Positions 26,427-35,040 of a stretch of 64,000 nucleotides of DNA are shown piece by piece; positions within the stretch are counted from its first letter, which is position 1, and each line of letters starts with the position of its first letter. The stretch is from a virus. Its lineage: Duplodnaviria; Caudoviricetes. The position numbers were made by a program, and so were the translations under genes. The DNA is taken from IMG/VR virus record IMGVR_UViG_3300047390_000093, positions 2,566 through 66,565 of that record; one strand, written 5' to 3'. The notes under the pieces were generated by a model that was not told the origin of the DNA, searched no databases, and was given only the letters and a program-made list of their open reading frames with translations.

Positions 26427-26681
26427 ATGAGATTTAAATACGAAGTACTTTATGGAAGCTTAGTTCTTGAAGCGCTTCTTAAAGAGAAGTTAATCACAAA
26501 TGATCATTACGATCATATGTGGGAGAGGTTTAATCAACAAAGTAATGAGTTAAATTACACATTAGTTGATTTGGCTGAGGTATTACTTAATCTTGAGCAA
26601 GTTGATTGCGAAATGATTGTCAATTACATGACTGCTAATCATGACGTAAAAGAGTTTTACACAACTAAACTTGCTATCTAG
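26427..26681 (+). CDS. early hypothetical protein
   Basis: Abuts the previous stop. Confidence 0.65.
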   Translation: MRFKYEVLYGSLVLEALLKEKLITNDHYDHMWERFNQQSNELNYTLVDLAEVLLNLEQVDCEMIVNYMTANHDVKEFYTTKLAI

Positions 26682-26687
26682 TTTCTT

Positions 26688-26716
26688 GTGAGGGGTGCGC
26701 CTCACTGACAACGCAC
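26688..26716 (+). ncRNA. predicted H-type pseudoknot, copy 1 (cis-regulatory RNA candidate)
   Basis: S1 GTGAGG/CCTCAC, L1 G, S2 GTGCG/CGCAC, L3 TGACAA. Intergenic, repeated at 27231. Confidence 0.65.
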
Positions 26717-26732
26717 AGAAAGAGTTTCTATT

Positions 26733-27224
26733 ATGTCTATTGAATTGCACACAACGTATTTCCGCAACCAGCTACTTGGTATCCCTGCCAAAGTAGCAGA
26801 CGGTACATTGCCTTATTATGGTGGATATCACACCACATCATGTTCAGATACCGTTGAACTCAACGGGCATTTCATCCAGATGGAATACAGTTTGAGAATG
26901 GATGTGGCTAATGGTGAAGAGAAGACTCTTCATCCTATCCCTCTTGTTCAAATTGAACTGACTATGACATTGCGTCCTGACAAGGATAGCCGTGCTACAT
27001 CTTCAATCATGAGTAAAGTAATCAAAGTTCAGTTGAACTCTGAGACTCTTGAAGAGCAGATTGATGAAGCAATCCAGACACTGGAGCGCATCATTATAGA
27101 TGTCAAACTGCCAACTATAACCTTTGACTTCTGGAAGTATGTGGCAATGGCAATGCCAGACTTTGAGAAGCAGGTAAGCAAGACGGTTGTAACTAATCAT
27201 AATCGTCTGTCCTACAAGGACTAG
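26733..27224 (+). CDS. early hypothetical protein
   Basis: 163-aa ORF, weak SD AAGAG. Confidence 0.75.
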   Translation: MSIELHTTYFRNQLLGIPAKVADGTLPYYGGYHTTSCSDTVELNGHFIQMEYSLRMDVANGEEKTLHPIPLVQIELTMTLRPDKDSRATSSIMSKVIKVQLNSETLEEQIDEAIQTLERIIIDVKLPTITFDFWKYVAMAMPDFEKQVSKTVVTNHNRLSYKD

Positions 27225-27230
27225 TTAAAT

Positions 27231-27259
27231 GTGAGGGGTGCGTCTCACTAACAACGCAC
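27231..27259 (+). ncRNA. predicted H-type pseudoknot, copy 2
   Basis: S1 GTGAGG/TCTCAC (G-U replaces G-C), S2 GTGCG/CGCAC, L3 TAACAA. Confidence 0.65.
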
Positions 27260-27273
27260 AGAAAGAGTTTATT

Positions 27274-27507
27274 ATGACAACTAAAAAACGAGTAGAAGAG
27301 TATCTCAAATGGAGCAACCTCGATATGTTCGTGCATGACTGTGGTGATGGCATTAAACGCATCAAGTTTGCACCGAAAGGCATGTATACACAGTTCCATG
27401 CATGTCCACATGAACAACATGCTCACAACTGGTCTGAAGCCTTGATATGGATCAAAGGTTACAACCAAGCACTCATCAATCATCAACTACTAGGAGACAA
27501 AATATAA
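27274..27507 (+). CDS. early hypothetical protein
   Basis: ATG 27274 (MTTKK), same leader as ORF 26733. Confidence 0.7.
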   Translation: MTTKKRVEEYLKWSNLDMFVHDCGDGIKRIKFAPKGMYTQFHACPHEQHAHNWSEALIWIKGYNQALINHQLLGDKI

Positions 27508-27983
27508 TGGCACTCACATATGACACCACTGCGTGTCCCGATATCGTTCGCGAAGAACTTGCTGGCATTACAGAACAAATCATCTGGCTTACCATGAATA
27601 CTCGTCATGGATGGGAGATGGATGACAAAACAATAGATGTATTCATACGCAGGTTTAACCTAATCAACAAGACATGGAATGCATTATGTATGGCAGACAC
27701 CACACATATGAGACGTACTCATGACCGCATTTGGATTGACAAGTTTGGCTTGCAATGGATTGGTGATGAACATCCACACTTAGTTTTAACTGAACCAGCA
27801 GTCCGTACATATTGGTTTGGGCTTAAAACCAATTGTGGTAAAGATACAGACGCTGCTTGGAATAAAAACTTTATGCAGAATCGATATCGTGAATCATTTG
27901 AGCAAAGTCCGTTTTACCTACGAGATAGATCTATTACTGCAATGAAGGACATATTCAATGAGCTTTGTATTCAGACCAATTAA
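27507..27983 (+). CDS. early hypothetical protein
   Basis: TAATG-coupled ATG 27507 (MALTYD), SD AGGAG. Confidence 0.7.
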   Translation: MALTYDTTACPDIVREELAGITEQIIWLTMNTRHGWEMDDKTIDVFIRRFNLINKTWNALCMADTTHMRRTHDRIWIDKFGLQWIGDEHPHLVLTEPAVRTYWFGLKTNCGKDTDAAWNKNFMQNRYRESFEQSPFYLRDRSITAMKDIFNELCIQTN

Positions 27984-28275
27984 GTACACGTTTTGGAACA
28001 CGTTCGGGGATAACACCCCGAACGATTTGGTTTGTACGTATATCGAACCGCATTACGGTAATCCGTGCTTGATCAAAATAAGACGTAGACTTGCAACTGA
28101 AATCGGATGTAAGAGACTACGTCAAGGTGTAGAGTGGCACGTCAATGATACTGACTGCTCCATGTGGAGTCAACGCCATGCAGTTATAGGTTTTGCTGAA
28201 GTGTTAGCACCAGTGACAGTTGAGTCAAAGCAACAAGCTTTGGCAGTGTGTGAGTTTATGGAGTTAAAACAATAA
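27958..28275 (+). CDS. early hypothetical protein
   Basis: SD AAGGA, operon context. Confidence 0.6.
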   Translation: MSFVFRPIKYTFWNTFGDNTPNDLVCTYIEPHYGNPCLIKIRRRLATEIGCKRLRQGVEWHVNDTDCSMWSQRHAVIGFAEVLAPVTVESKQQALAVCEFMELKQ

Positions 28276-28484
28276 TGATTAAAACAAATTGCAGGTATGT
28301 GTTTCGACCAGTTGGGATGGATTTATTTTATCCACATGAGATCGTTGCCGGTGAGCTTGTAAAGGTTGTACCTACACCACATGGTTGCCCTAACCCACGT
28401 CTCATGAAGATGGTGTATGTCGAATCACACAACAATCCATGTGTGTTAGTTCTCATGAATAGTTTGCAACCAAAGGAAAAATAA
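28275..28484 (+). CDS. early hypothetical protein
   Basis: TAATG coupling at both ends. Confidence 0.65.
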   Translation: MIKTNCRYVFRPVGMDLFYPHEIVAGELVKVVPTPHGCPNPRLMKMVYVESHNNPCVLVLMNSLQPKEK

Positions 28485-28858
28485 TGAGTGAATGGTTTAG
28501 TTTAGAAGATCGCAATTATCAAAATGATATTCGCATTCGATCAATCGAAGAACGCTGGTGGACAGAAATTGATGAAAACAAAATGTATGCTCGCCACAAA
28601 TACGATACTGAAGATGGACAACAAGTCTGGTATCCGTTTAAGTACGAAACATGTCATCTATGCAATGGAAAAGGTAGCCATGTTAATCCAAGTATTGATT
28701 GTGGTGGGTTAACTTTTGAAGACATGTATGACGATGGATTTAGAGATGACTATCTATCTGGTATGTATGACCAACCATGCAATCTATGTAAAGGCATGCG
28801 AGTCATACCAATTATGAAAGGTAGACGTAAGTTAAAGAAAGTAGATAACAATGAGTGA
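28484..28858 (+). CDS. protein with DnaJ-type zinc finger (2 x CxxCxG)
   Basis: CHLCNGKG and CNLCKGMR. Confidence 0.65.
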   Translation: MSEWFSLEDRNYQNDIRIRSIEERWWTEIDENKMYARHKYDTEDGQQVWYPFKYETCHLCNGKGSHVNPSIDCGGLTFEDMYDDGFRDDYLSGMYDQPCNLCKGMRVIPIMKGRRKLKKVDNNE

Positions 28859-29252
28859 TGAAAGTGTAATGTTACGAGCTTGGAATGAAATCATAGAAGA
28901 AAAAGAGGTAGCACAAGAGTGCTACCTTTCTCTTTATGAAGAAATACCTTATTACGGTGGGCCAGAAGAAGGAGGGTGGTGGGGCCACTTACATATACTC
29001 AAACAGTATTGTAAATGCCCGACACAAGATTACGCAGAAGAGTTACGCAAAAAATTAGAAATACACTGCAAAGAACTAACAGAAGAAGCAAAGCGAGCAG
29101 ATGGTGAGCATTGTTTGCATTACATACAGCAAGCCGAAGCACGTAATGAAGATGTAGATGATTATGGGTATGACGGACCAATGTCATATTACGTAATCAT
29201 TGAGTCGGTAGCCGGACAACATCAAGTAACAGAAAGAAGTCACTATGAATAA
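28851..29252 (+). CDS. acidic hypothetical protein with YYGGPEEGGWW motif
   Basis: Coupled ORF with a distinctive G/E/W motif. Confidence 0.7.
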   Translation: MSDESVMLRAWNEIIEEKEVAQECYLSLYEEIPYYGGPEEGGWWGHLHILKQYCKCPTQDYAEELRKKLEIHCKELTEEAKRADGEHCLHYIQQAEARNEDVDDYGYDGPMSYYVIIESVAGQHQVTERSHYE

Positions 29253-30147
29253 CATGACAGCACAACAATATCTCAACAAGTTTGGTCTCGACGCAGATCC
29301 AAATCTATTTACCAATGTACGCAATGGACGAATCATGAGGCCCAAATACAACTCGTATTGTATATACGATGGCGTTAGTCAACTCGACAAGCGATCACGT
29401 ATTGTGTGCATCATATCTAATTGTCAGACTAACAATGAAGACTGGAACATCAAGACTGGTGACATGATTCAGTCTTACATCATCATGCGTGATGTGCATC
29501 CACAAGATGCAATTGACCAGCTACTTGACGGTTGCATTTGCGGCAACTGCACACACCGTAAACGACGCAAACGACATACACGCACGGCGAAAGTCAAAGA
29601 TGTGCGTACGTGCTATGTCAATATTGGCAAAGGCACTACTGCTGTTTGGGAATCATTCCAAAAGGGCAACATTCCAATCGTGTCTAGCACAGTTGCTGCA
29701 ACTATACAAATGGTTGCTGGCAAAAAACTACGCATGGGTACATACGGTGATCCTGTTGCCGTACCATTCCCAATCTGGGGTGACATGCTACGCTATGAGC
29801 TTGGTCATACTGGCTATACACACCAGTGGCGTATGCCAATAGCACAACCATTTCGTGGTGTGCTTCAGGCATCATGTGACTCATACATTGATCGATGGGA
29901 AGCCAAGGAAGCTGGCTGGGGTACGTTCCTAGTCCGTCCACACGATGGCTACATTGACAAGCGTCACACTGCTTATGCTCGTGGTTGCAAGCAGTGCCCA
30001 AGCGATCCATTCATTAACGAGATGCGAGCAATGCGCAACATGCTGAAAATGCATACTACGTGCGACACTTGCCCCGCATCTCTACGCTGTGATGGCGATA
30101 GCGATATCGTCATCCGTGCCCACGGCTCAGCTGCGCTGTGGGTTTAA
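29245..30147 (+). CDS. Cys/His-rich putative metalloprotein (300 aa)
   Basis: NIKTGDMIQSY, CICGNCTH...CYV, LRMGTYGDP, GHTGYTHQW, CKQCP, CDTC...C, IRAHG. Confidence 0.6.
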   Translation: MNNMTAQQYLNKFGLDADPNLFTNVRNGRIMRPKYNSYCIYDGVSQLDKRSRIVCIISNCQTNNEDWNIKTGDMIQSYIIMRDVHPQDAIDQLLDGCICGNCTHRKRRKRHTRTAKVKDVRTCYVNIGKGTTAVWESFQKGNIPIVSSTVAATIQMVAGKKLRMGTYGDPVAVPFPIWGDMLRYELGHTGYTHQWRMPIAQPFRGVLQASCDSYIDRWEAKEAGWGTFLVRPHDGYIDKRHTAYARGCKQCPSDPFINEMRAMRNMLKMHTTCDTCPASLRCDGDSDIVIRAHGSAALWV

Positions 30148-30166
30148 TTAAACAAAGGAAATAAAC

Positions 30167-30580
30167 ATGTTTTATTCAATATGCGAAGAAGATGAATGGT
30201 CCCAAGATTGTTGGGACCATGCTGGTCACTACACAAAAGATGGTGAGTGCCACTCGCCAGCCAACGGTGCATACTTTATGGCTGCGCTTGGTAAACGTAT
30301 TTTTAAATCCATTGACGTACGTTACACAGATGCAGCAATACGCCGATTCATTAGTGAAGAGGAAGCACAGGGAGAGGTAAAAGTTACTGAAGATGAAATC
30401 GTAAAGTTTCTTGCTTTAGTACAGTCCGTGTACCACGAACGCACCATAGAAGAATTTAATGAGGCTATGTGGGAATACATTTGTGACTCTACATACAGCG
30501 AGTGGAATGACATATTTAGTGCGCATGACTTAGGTTTTGCATGCAAGTTAGAAGAACCAGAAGGGTGGCCAGTGCCATGA
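30167..30580 (+). CDS. acidic hypothetical protein
   Basis: SD AAGGA. Confidence 0.7.
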   Translation: MFYSICEEDEWSQDCWDHAGHYTKDGECHSPANGAYFMAALGKRIFKSIDVRYTDAAIRRFISEEEAQGEVKVTEDEIVKFLALVQSVYHERTIEEFNEAMWEYICDSTYSEWNDIFSAHDLGFACKLEEPEGWPVP

Positions 30581-30870
30581 CAGTAGAAGAAATTGATCAA
30601 GATCAAGAGAATTTTGAGAACGAGTTGCGATGGCTGCGGGAGAAATACCCGCAGTTTTACATTGAAGTCTGGGGTCCATATGACTTTGCGCTTCAACTTA
30701 GTGATGACAATTACAAAACAGGAGAAGAACTTGCACAGTCTGCAGCAGACAACTGGGATAAATGGGCTGGTGTAGTCGAAGTATTACACGACACATTTGA
30801 TGCTCACGTTGGTACGAATTGGGATCGGCTTACACAAGCAATACAGGAGATAAATAGAAATGACGACTGA
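30577..30870 (+). CDS. acidic hypothetical protein
   Basis: ATGA overlap at 30577 (MTVEE). Confidence 0.65.
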   Translation: MTVEEIDQDQENFENELRWLREKYPQFYIEVWGPYDFALQLSDDNYKTGEELAQSAADNWDKWAGVVEVLHDTFDAHVGTNWDRLTQAIQEINRNDD

Positions 30871-31189
30871 TTACATACTTGAACATTTGACCCTTACCAT
30901 TAAATCAATTAATACAGAATGGTGGTTCATAATGATAATGGACATGATCCAGTACAACGACTGGGTCAAGAATGTACGAGTAGTCGAGCACACAGATACA
31001 AGTTGGATTATAGAAATCACTGATGACGAAAATGAAAAACATTCAATATCAGATTTAAACCTATTGGAGCATTTATGCAAATGCTGGTCAATTGGCGATC
31101 GCACATTTACGGAACCGCAAAATGTTGATTACGACACTATTGACTGCATTTTGCAGGAGTTGTGCTTTGGTGAGTTAGTTTACGGATAA
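30860..31189 (+). CDS. acidic hypothetical protein
   Basis: SD AGGAG. Confidence 0.7.
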   Translation: MTTDYILEHLTLTIKSINTEWWFIMIMDMIQYNDWVKNVRVVEHTDTSWIIEITDDENEKHSISDLNLLEHLCKCWSIGDRTFTEPQNVDYDTIDCILQELCFGELVYG

Positions 31190-31200
31190 GGAGTAACACA

Positions 31201-31707
31201 ATGCCTAATTGGTGCGATAACACATTTATTGTTTCTGGTGACAACATCGACGATGTAACAAAATGGCAGACAGAAAACACAACTGTAGATAAACATGGTC
31301 TTTACCAAGTGGATTTTAATGGATCAGTGCCAATGCCAGATGAAGAAGATGGCAACAACTGGTACACATGGTCTCTGTCCAACTGGGGGACTAAATGGAA
31401 TGCATGTTACGGATGCATACTGGAGAGCATTGGTAACGATAACGAACTACGTTATAACTTTGACACAGCATGGGGGCCACCACGTGAGTGGTTCATCACT
31501 ATGAGTGCAAAGTATCCCAAGCTCAACTTTGCAATGCATTACTCAGAACCCGGCATGTGCTTTGCTGGCACTATGACTAGACAAGACGGTTACTTTGACG
31601 AAGTGCAGCGATGTGACGAAGACTTAACTGATGACGACAAAGAAGCAATGGGATACACACCATGCGAAGCATGCGGTGGATGGGAAGAAGAATGTATGTG
31701 TGACTGA
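31201..31707 (+). CDS. YubB/DUF1281 ferredoxin-like domain protein
   Basis: MPNWCDN, WY.W...NWGTKWN, FDTAWGPP, YSEPGMCFAG motifs. C-terminal CEAC. Confidence 0.75.
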   Translation: MPNWCDNTFIVSGDNIDDVTKWQTENTTVDKHGLYQVDFNGSVPMPDEEDGNNWYTWSLSNWGTKWNACYGCILESIGNDNELRYNFDTAWGPPREWFITMSAKYPKLNFAMHYSEPGMCFAGTMTRQDGYFDEVQRCDEDLTDDDKEAMGYTPCEACGGWEEECMCD

Positions 31708-31744
31708 TATACTGCTGTATTACTTTAATGATTGAAAGGTTCGT

Positions 31745-32143
31745 ATGTTACAAGATTTAATTAATTTGCTAAATGCTATGAAAAAGAACAGTGATTACAA
31801 AGATGGATGGGATAAGTTAGAGCCACTGATCGGATTGAATGGAGTAGTTTCTTTATCGTGGCCACAATGGAGACTCAAAATTGTTACGTTTCGGATGCCG
31901 AAAGAATGGGATGGTAGTCCTGAAGCAGCTGAAGATATTCGTACGATAGACAATCTTTTTTGGCACGAAGACCGCATTGTATGGGTAACAGATAAAAACA
32001 AACAAATGTTTGATGACCCAACTTTAACGAGAGTTACTGTTGCAGAGATTATCGATGAGTTTCTATCAGGTAAATGGACTCCGCCATGGAAATGTGGTTA
32101 TTGTGTTACTCGGCATAAAGGTACATTGCAACCTAAGTTTTAA
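31745..32143 (+). CDS. hypothetical protein
   Basis: SD GAAAGG, operon context. Confidence 0.65.
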   Translation: MLQDLINLLNAMKKNSDYKDGWDKLEPLIGLNGVVSLSWPQWRLKIVTFRMPKEWDGSPEAAEDIRTIDNLFWHEDRIVWVTDKNKQMFDDPTLTRVTVAEIIDEFLSGKWTPPWKCGYCVTRHKGTLQPKF

Positions 32144-32697
32144 TGCCAACACGTAAACGTAGCAATTATCATCCTGTGTGTTACATCGTAACTGGTGGTA
32201 CACACAGGGTTTGTGTCAACAATCAATTTGTCGCAAAGATTATTTATCAATTGTGGCAACAACTAAGTGTGCAAGACAAACGATCTCGCACAATATCTGT
32301 TTACGCATTAATGTCACCAAACTCTTGGTCTACATGGAGTCGAAAACACATTATCCAATTGATCAATGGAATGTGGAAAGAAAGGCTTGTTACAAAGTGT
32401 GTTGTAATCGACGGAGTCATTCAGTCAAGCACAGCAAACGCAGAGTTCAAGTTATTTGGAGACGATTATGAACGACATGCCGAATACGTGTATCGAGACA
32501 TGCCTCAACACGTGCGAGCATCGTTGCATTATTGCCTTATGTATCCACAAATCTTACAGATTATTTTACGTGCGCCAACTGGACTAGCTGCAGAGATCGC
32601 ACTAAAGGTATCTGACATATTGTTTTTTGAGAAAGGGTTACGTATTACAAATGTGAAAGAAGTATGGGCGTATTTACATTATGAGATTAAGCGATAA
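32143..32697 (+). CDS. hypothetical protein
   Basis: TAATG coupling. Confidence 0.65.
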   Translation: MPTRKRSNYHPVCYIVTGGTHRVCVNNQFVAKIIYQLWQQLSVQDKRSRTISVYALMSPNSWSTWSRKHIIQLINGMWKERLVTKCVVIDGVIQSSTANAEFKLFGDDYERHAEYVYRDMPQHVRASLHYCLMYPQILQIILRAPTGLAAEIALKVSDILFFEKGLRITNVKEVWAYLHYEIKR

Positions 32698-32715
32698 AAA
32701 GAATCCCGTTCCGGG

Positions 32716-33159
32716 ATGTATCGCGATTATTTACCATGCACTAATCCTATTAGTTGTTTGGTGGAGCATGAAAAACAGATGAGAAAAAATGCCGAGGCTA
32801 TACTTCAACAACAAGTAAAAGCGACATTAGTTATAGCTGGATACACAGTCATAGAAATTGGAAAGTCACGTGGCAAAGTAAAATGTGACAAATGTCACCA
32901 ATATACATACGCTCGTGGCTGGCAAGGAAATACTGTTGGCGCTCCAGATATCTATGTTCATCACAAGAATTGGAAGCACATAGCCATCGGCATTGAACTC
33001 AAGACTGAAACTGGAACAGTAAGAAAGGAGCAACAAGAATATGCATCAGATAATTTAACAGTTATATGTAGATCATTAGAGTGCGTGATCAACAATGTTA
33101 TTGAAGTAGATAAAATGTTAGGACTTACATCAAAACTCGAAAGTTTTAAATGGATTTAA
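32716..33159 (+). CDS. VRR-NUC / PD-(D/E)xK nuclease (resolvase-like)
   Basis: GAPDI...IELKTETG...EQQ motif with an inserted CDKC knuckle. Start uncertain. Confidence 0.75.
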   Translation: MYRDYLPCTNPISCLVEHEKQMRKNAEAILQQQVKATLVIAGYTVIEIGKSRGKVKCDKCHQYTYARGWQGNTVGAPDIYVHHKNWKHIAIGIELKTETGTVRKEQQEYASDNLTVICRSLECVINNVIEVDKMLGLTSKLESFKWI

Positions 33160-33800
33160 AAGTATATTGGCCATTCACATTAGATAATCACGATGTTGAT
33201 TTCAATACAGATCAGAAGGAGAAACTATGGATAATAGTACAAAAAGATAACAAAGATGCAATACTGTCATCAGTCCATGAGGACTGGTCATTCATTGCAT
33301 GCTGGAGTAACTTATGGGATGCGTCCCAGCAATTAGATAATTTACCAAATGGCGAGCTATTTAATATCATAGATAGAGATGCTTGGTCGTTGGCTACAGA
33401 ATACAGATGTCTAGAACTTGACTATGTACCGCTGTTACTAAACAGAGTAAATGGTAAACCAATTACTCTTCCAACGTGTTATCCAACAATGATGACCTAT
33501 CCAAATGAAACGATGATCTGGATATATATGGTTCATAAAGATAGTAGAGAGCCATTGTGTGACGCAGACAACGTTATATATGCAGACACAGAACCACAGT
33601 ATCTATTAGATACTTTACTTGAAAATAATGATGCAAGTCATGTGGCAAACTACGATGTAGTTGGACAGACACTGCTACGATTTTCAACAATGTTTAAGAT
33701 AGTAAATTGCCGAGGGCATGTATTCAATGCTCACGATGACATGCTTCATTCAAAGACAATGCGTCGTGCAATAGCAGAAAGGTTTAAAAACGATGTTTAA
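33150..33800 (+). CDS. hypothetical protein
   Basis: Overlapping operon ORF. Confidence 0.65.
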   Translation: MDLKVYWPFTLDNHDVDFNTDQKEKLWIIVQKDNKDAILSSVHEDWSFIACWSNLWDASQQLDNLPNGELFNIIDRDAWSLATEYRCLELDYVPLLLNRVNGKPITLPTCYPTMMTYPNETMIWIYMVHKDSREPLCDADNVIYADTEPQYLLDTLLENNDASHVANYDVVGQTLLRFSTMFKIVNCRGHVFNAHDDMLHSKTMRRAIAERFKNDV

Positions 33801-34374
33801 TCCAAGAGACCACTTCATTAACCTAAAAGGCAAGCAGTACTTGCCAGTCGCAGCTCGCATTGCTTGGTTTAGAGAAGACCATCCAGACTGGACAATCATG
33901 ACGTATGCAGTACCCGATCTTTCGGGTGCTGACTACACTACATTTGCCGCAGAAATCTTAGATAGCACAGGAAGGCTTATTGCCAAGGCTCATAAGACAG
34001 AGCACGAGAAACACTTTGCTGATTATCGTGAGAAGGCAGAAACAGGTGCTATTGGTCGCGCTCTTGCTTTGTGTGGTTACGGTACGTTGTTTGCTCAGGA
34101 ACTTGAAGAGCCTATTACACCAGCTGGTGAAACGCGTATTGTTGATGCACCACAACCAGCAAAAGCAACACTTACACCGGGTAAGCAGTTTGCATACGAG
34201 TGCAAACGTATATGGGGATCAGGCATTACACCATCTGATATGAAACGTGTGTTCTTTAAACTGGCTGGACACACTGACACAAGTGATGAGAATCTCAGGT
34301 TAGTAGTTGAAGTGTTGATGGGTTTCAATACACCGGAAGAAGCAGAGTCGGTGTTCTTGGCAGAGGAGGAATAA
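33793..34374 (+). CDS. putative single-strand annealing protein (Rad52/Sak-like)
   Basis: KGKQYLPVAARIAWFR and EKAETGAIGRALALCGYG helix, next to Gam. Confidence 0.6.
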   Translation: MFNPRDHFINLKGKQYLPVAARIAWFREDHPDWTIMTYAVPDLSGADYTTFAAEILDSTGRLIAKAHKTEHEKHFADYREKAETGAIGRALALCGYGTLFAQELEEPITPAGETRIVDAPQPAKATLTPGKQFAYECKRIWGSGITPSDMKRVFFKLAGHTDTSDENLRLVVEVLMGFNTPEEAESVFLAEEE

Positions 34375-34375
34375 A

Positions 34376-34939
34376 TTGGATAAGACAAAGTTTGACATTA
34401 TTGGCGATAGCTATTTTGAGATTGAGACCGGCGAATATGCCGGTCCAGTTGACGGTTGGCTTGGCGATGAACTTAAAACAGAAGATGACGTTCTTTTAGC
34501 TTTACAGCGTTTACTAAAATACGAAACGGAATTAAAAGCAGAACAACTTGCCACCCAATCAGTTATTGAGCGTTGTAAAACAATGGTGAAGGATAAGGAA
34601 CGTAAAGTTCAATGGCTGCAAGCCCGTTATGGCGCACAGATTGCAAACTTTGCCAAGTCGCAACTAATTGGCAAAGCTAAAACATGGAAGTGTCCATGGG
34701 GTCAAGTTGCTTTTCGTAACACACAACCATCGTTTTCTGTTCTTGATGAAGAGAAAGCAGCTTATGTAATTCCACTTTCGTTAGGGGCAATTAAAATTGA
34801 GCACAAGATTTACAAAAGCAAAATACCAAGAGAAGTGCAACTTACACTTGTAGATCAATATCCCGAACTGTTTAGTATGACTGAAGCATCCGAAAACTTT
34901 AGCATTAAATCATTGACAGCAACCGATACTGAGGAGTAA
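34376..34939 (+). CDS. gam: Mu Gam-like host-nuclease inhibitor
   Basis: Long coiled coil then KTWKCPWGQVAFRNTQPS beta-hairpin typical of the Gam/Gp157 family. Confidence 0.7.
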   Translation: MDKTKFDIIGDSYFEIETGEYAGPVDGWLGDELKTEDDVLLALQRLLKYETELKAEQLATQSVIERCKTMVKDKERKVQWLQARYGAQIANFAKSQLIGKAKTWKCPWGQVAFRNTQPSFSVLDEEKAAYVIPLSLGAIKIEHKIYKSKIPREVQLTLVDQYPELFSMTEASENFSIKSLTATDTEE

Positions 34940-34988
34940 GATTGCATTGCTCCGCAACTATATTCAACGGGGCACAACTACCAAATGG

Positions 34989-35020
34989 AGGACCACGGAC
35001 ATCAACACCGTGGTCCTTTT
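34989..35020 (+). terminator. intrinsic terminator
   Basis: AGGACCACGG-N9-CCGTGGTCCT then TTT. Confidence 0.7.
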
Positions 35021-35040
35021 GTATCAAAGAAAGAAAGAGT

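Noticed and set aside
26679-27276. Stop-codon read-through or frameshift fusion driven by TAG plus 6 nt plus pseudoknot (MuLV-like geometry)
   Set aside because: Both copies have an in-frame stop in L3 (TGA, TAA) eight codons later, the downstream ATG is in frame 0 in one copy and +1 in the other, and there is no slippery heptamer. A fusion protein is not supported.
32705-32719. ATCCCG-TTC-CGGGAT hairpin over the VRR-NUC start codon as a translational switch
   Set aside because: Short stem, no SD, and the true start codon is uncertain.
35020-35027. TATCAA after the 34989 terminator as a fourth terminator-promoter cassette
   Set aside because: Lacks the invariant final T of the -10 box and has no TG extension.
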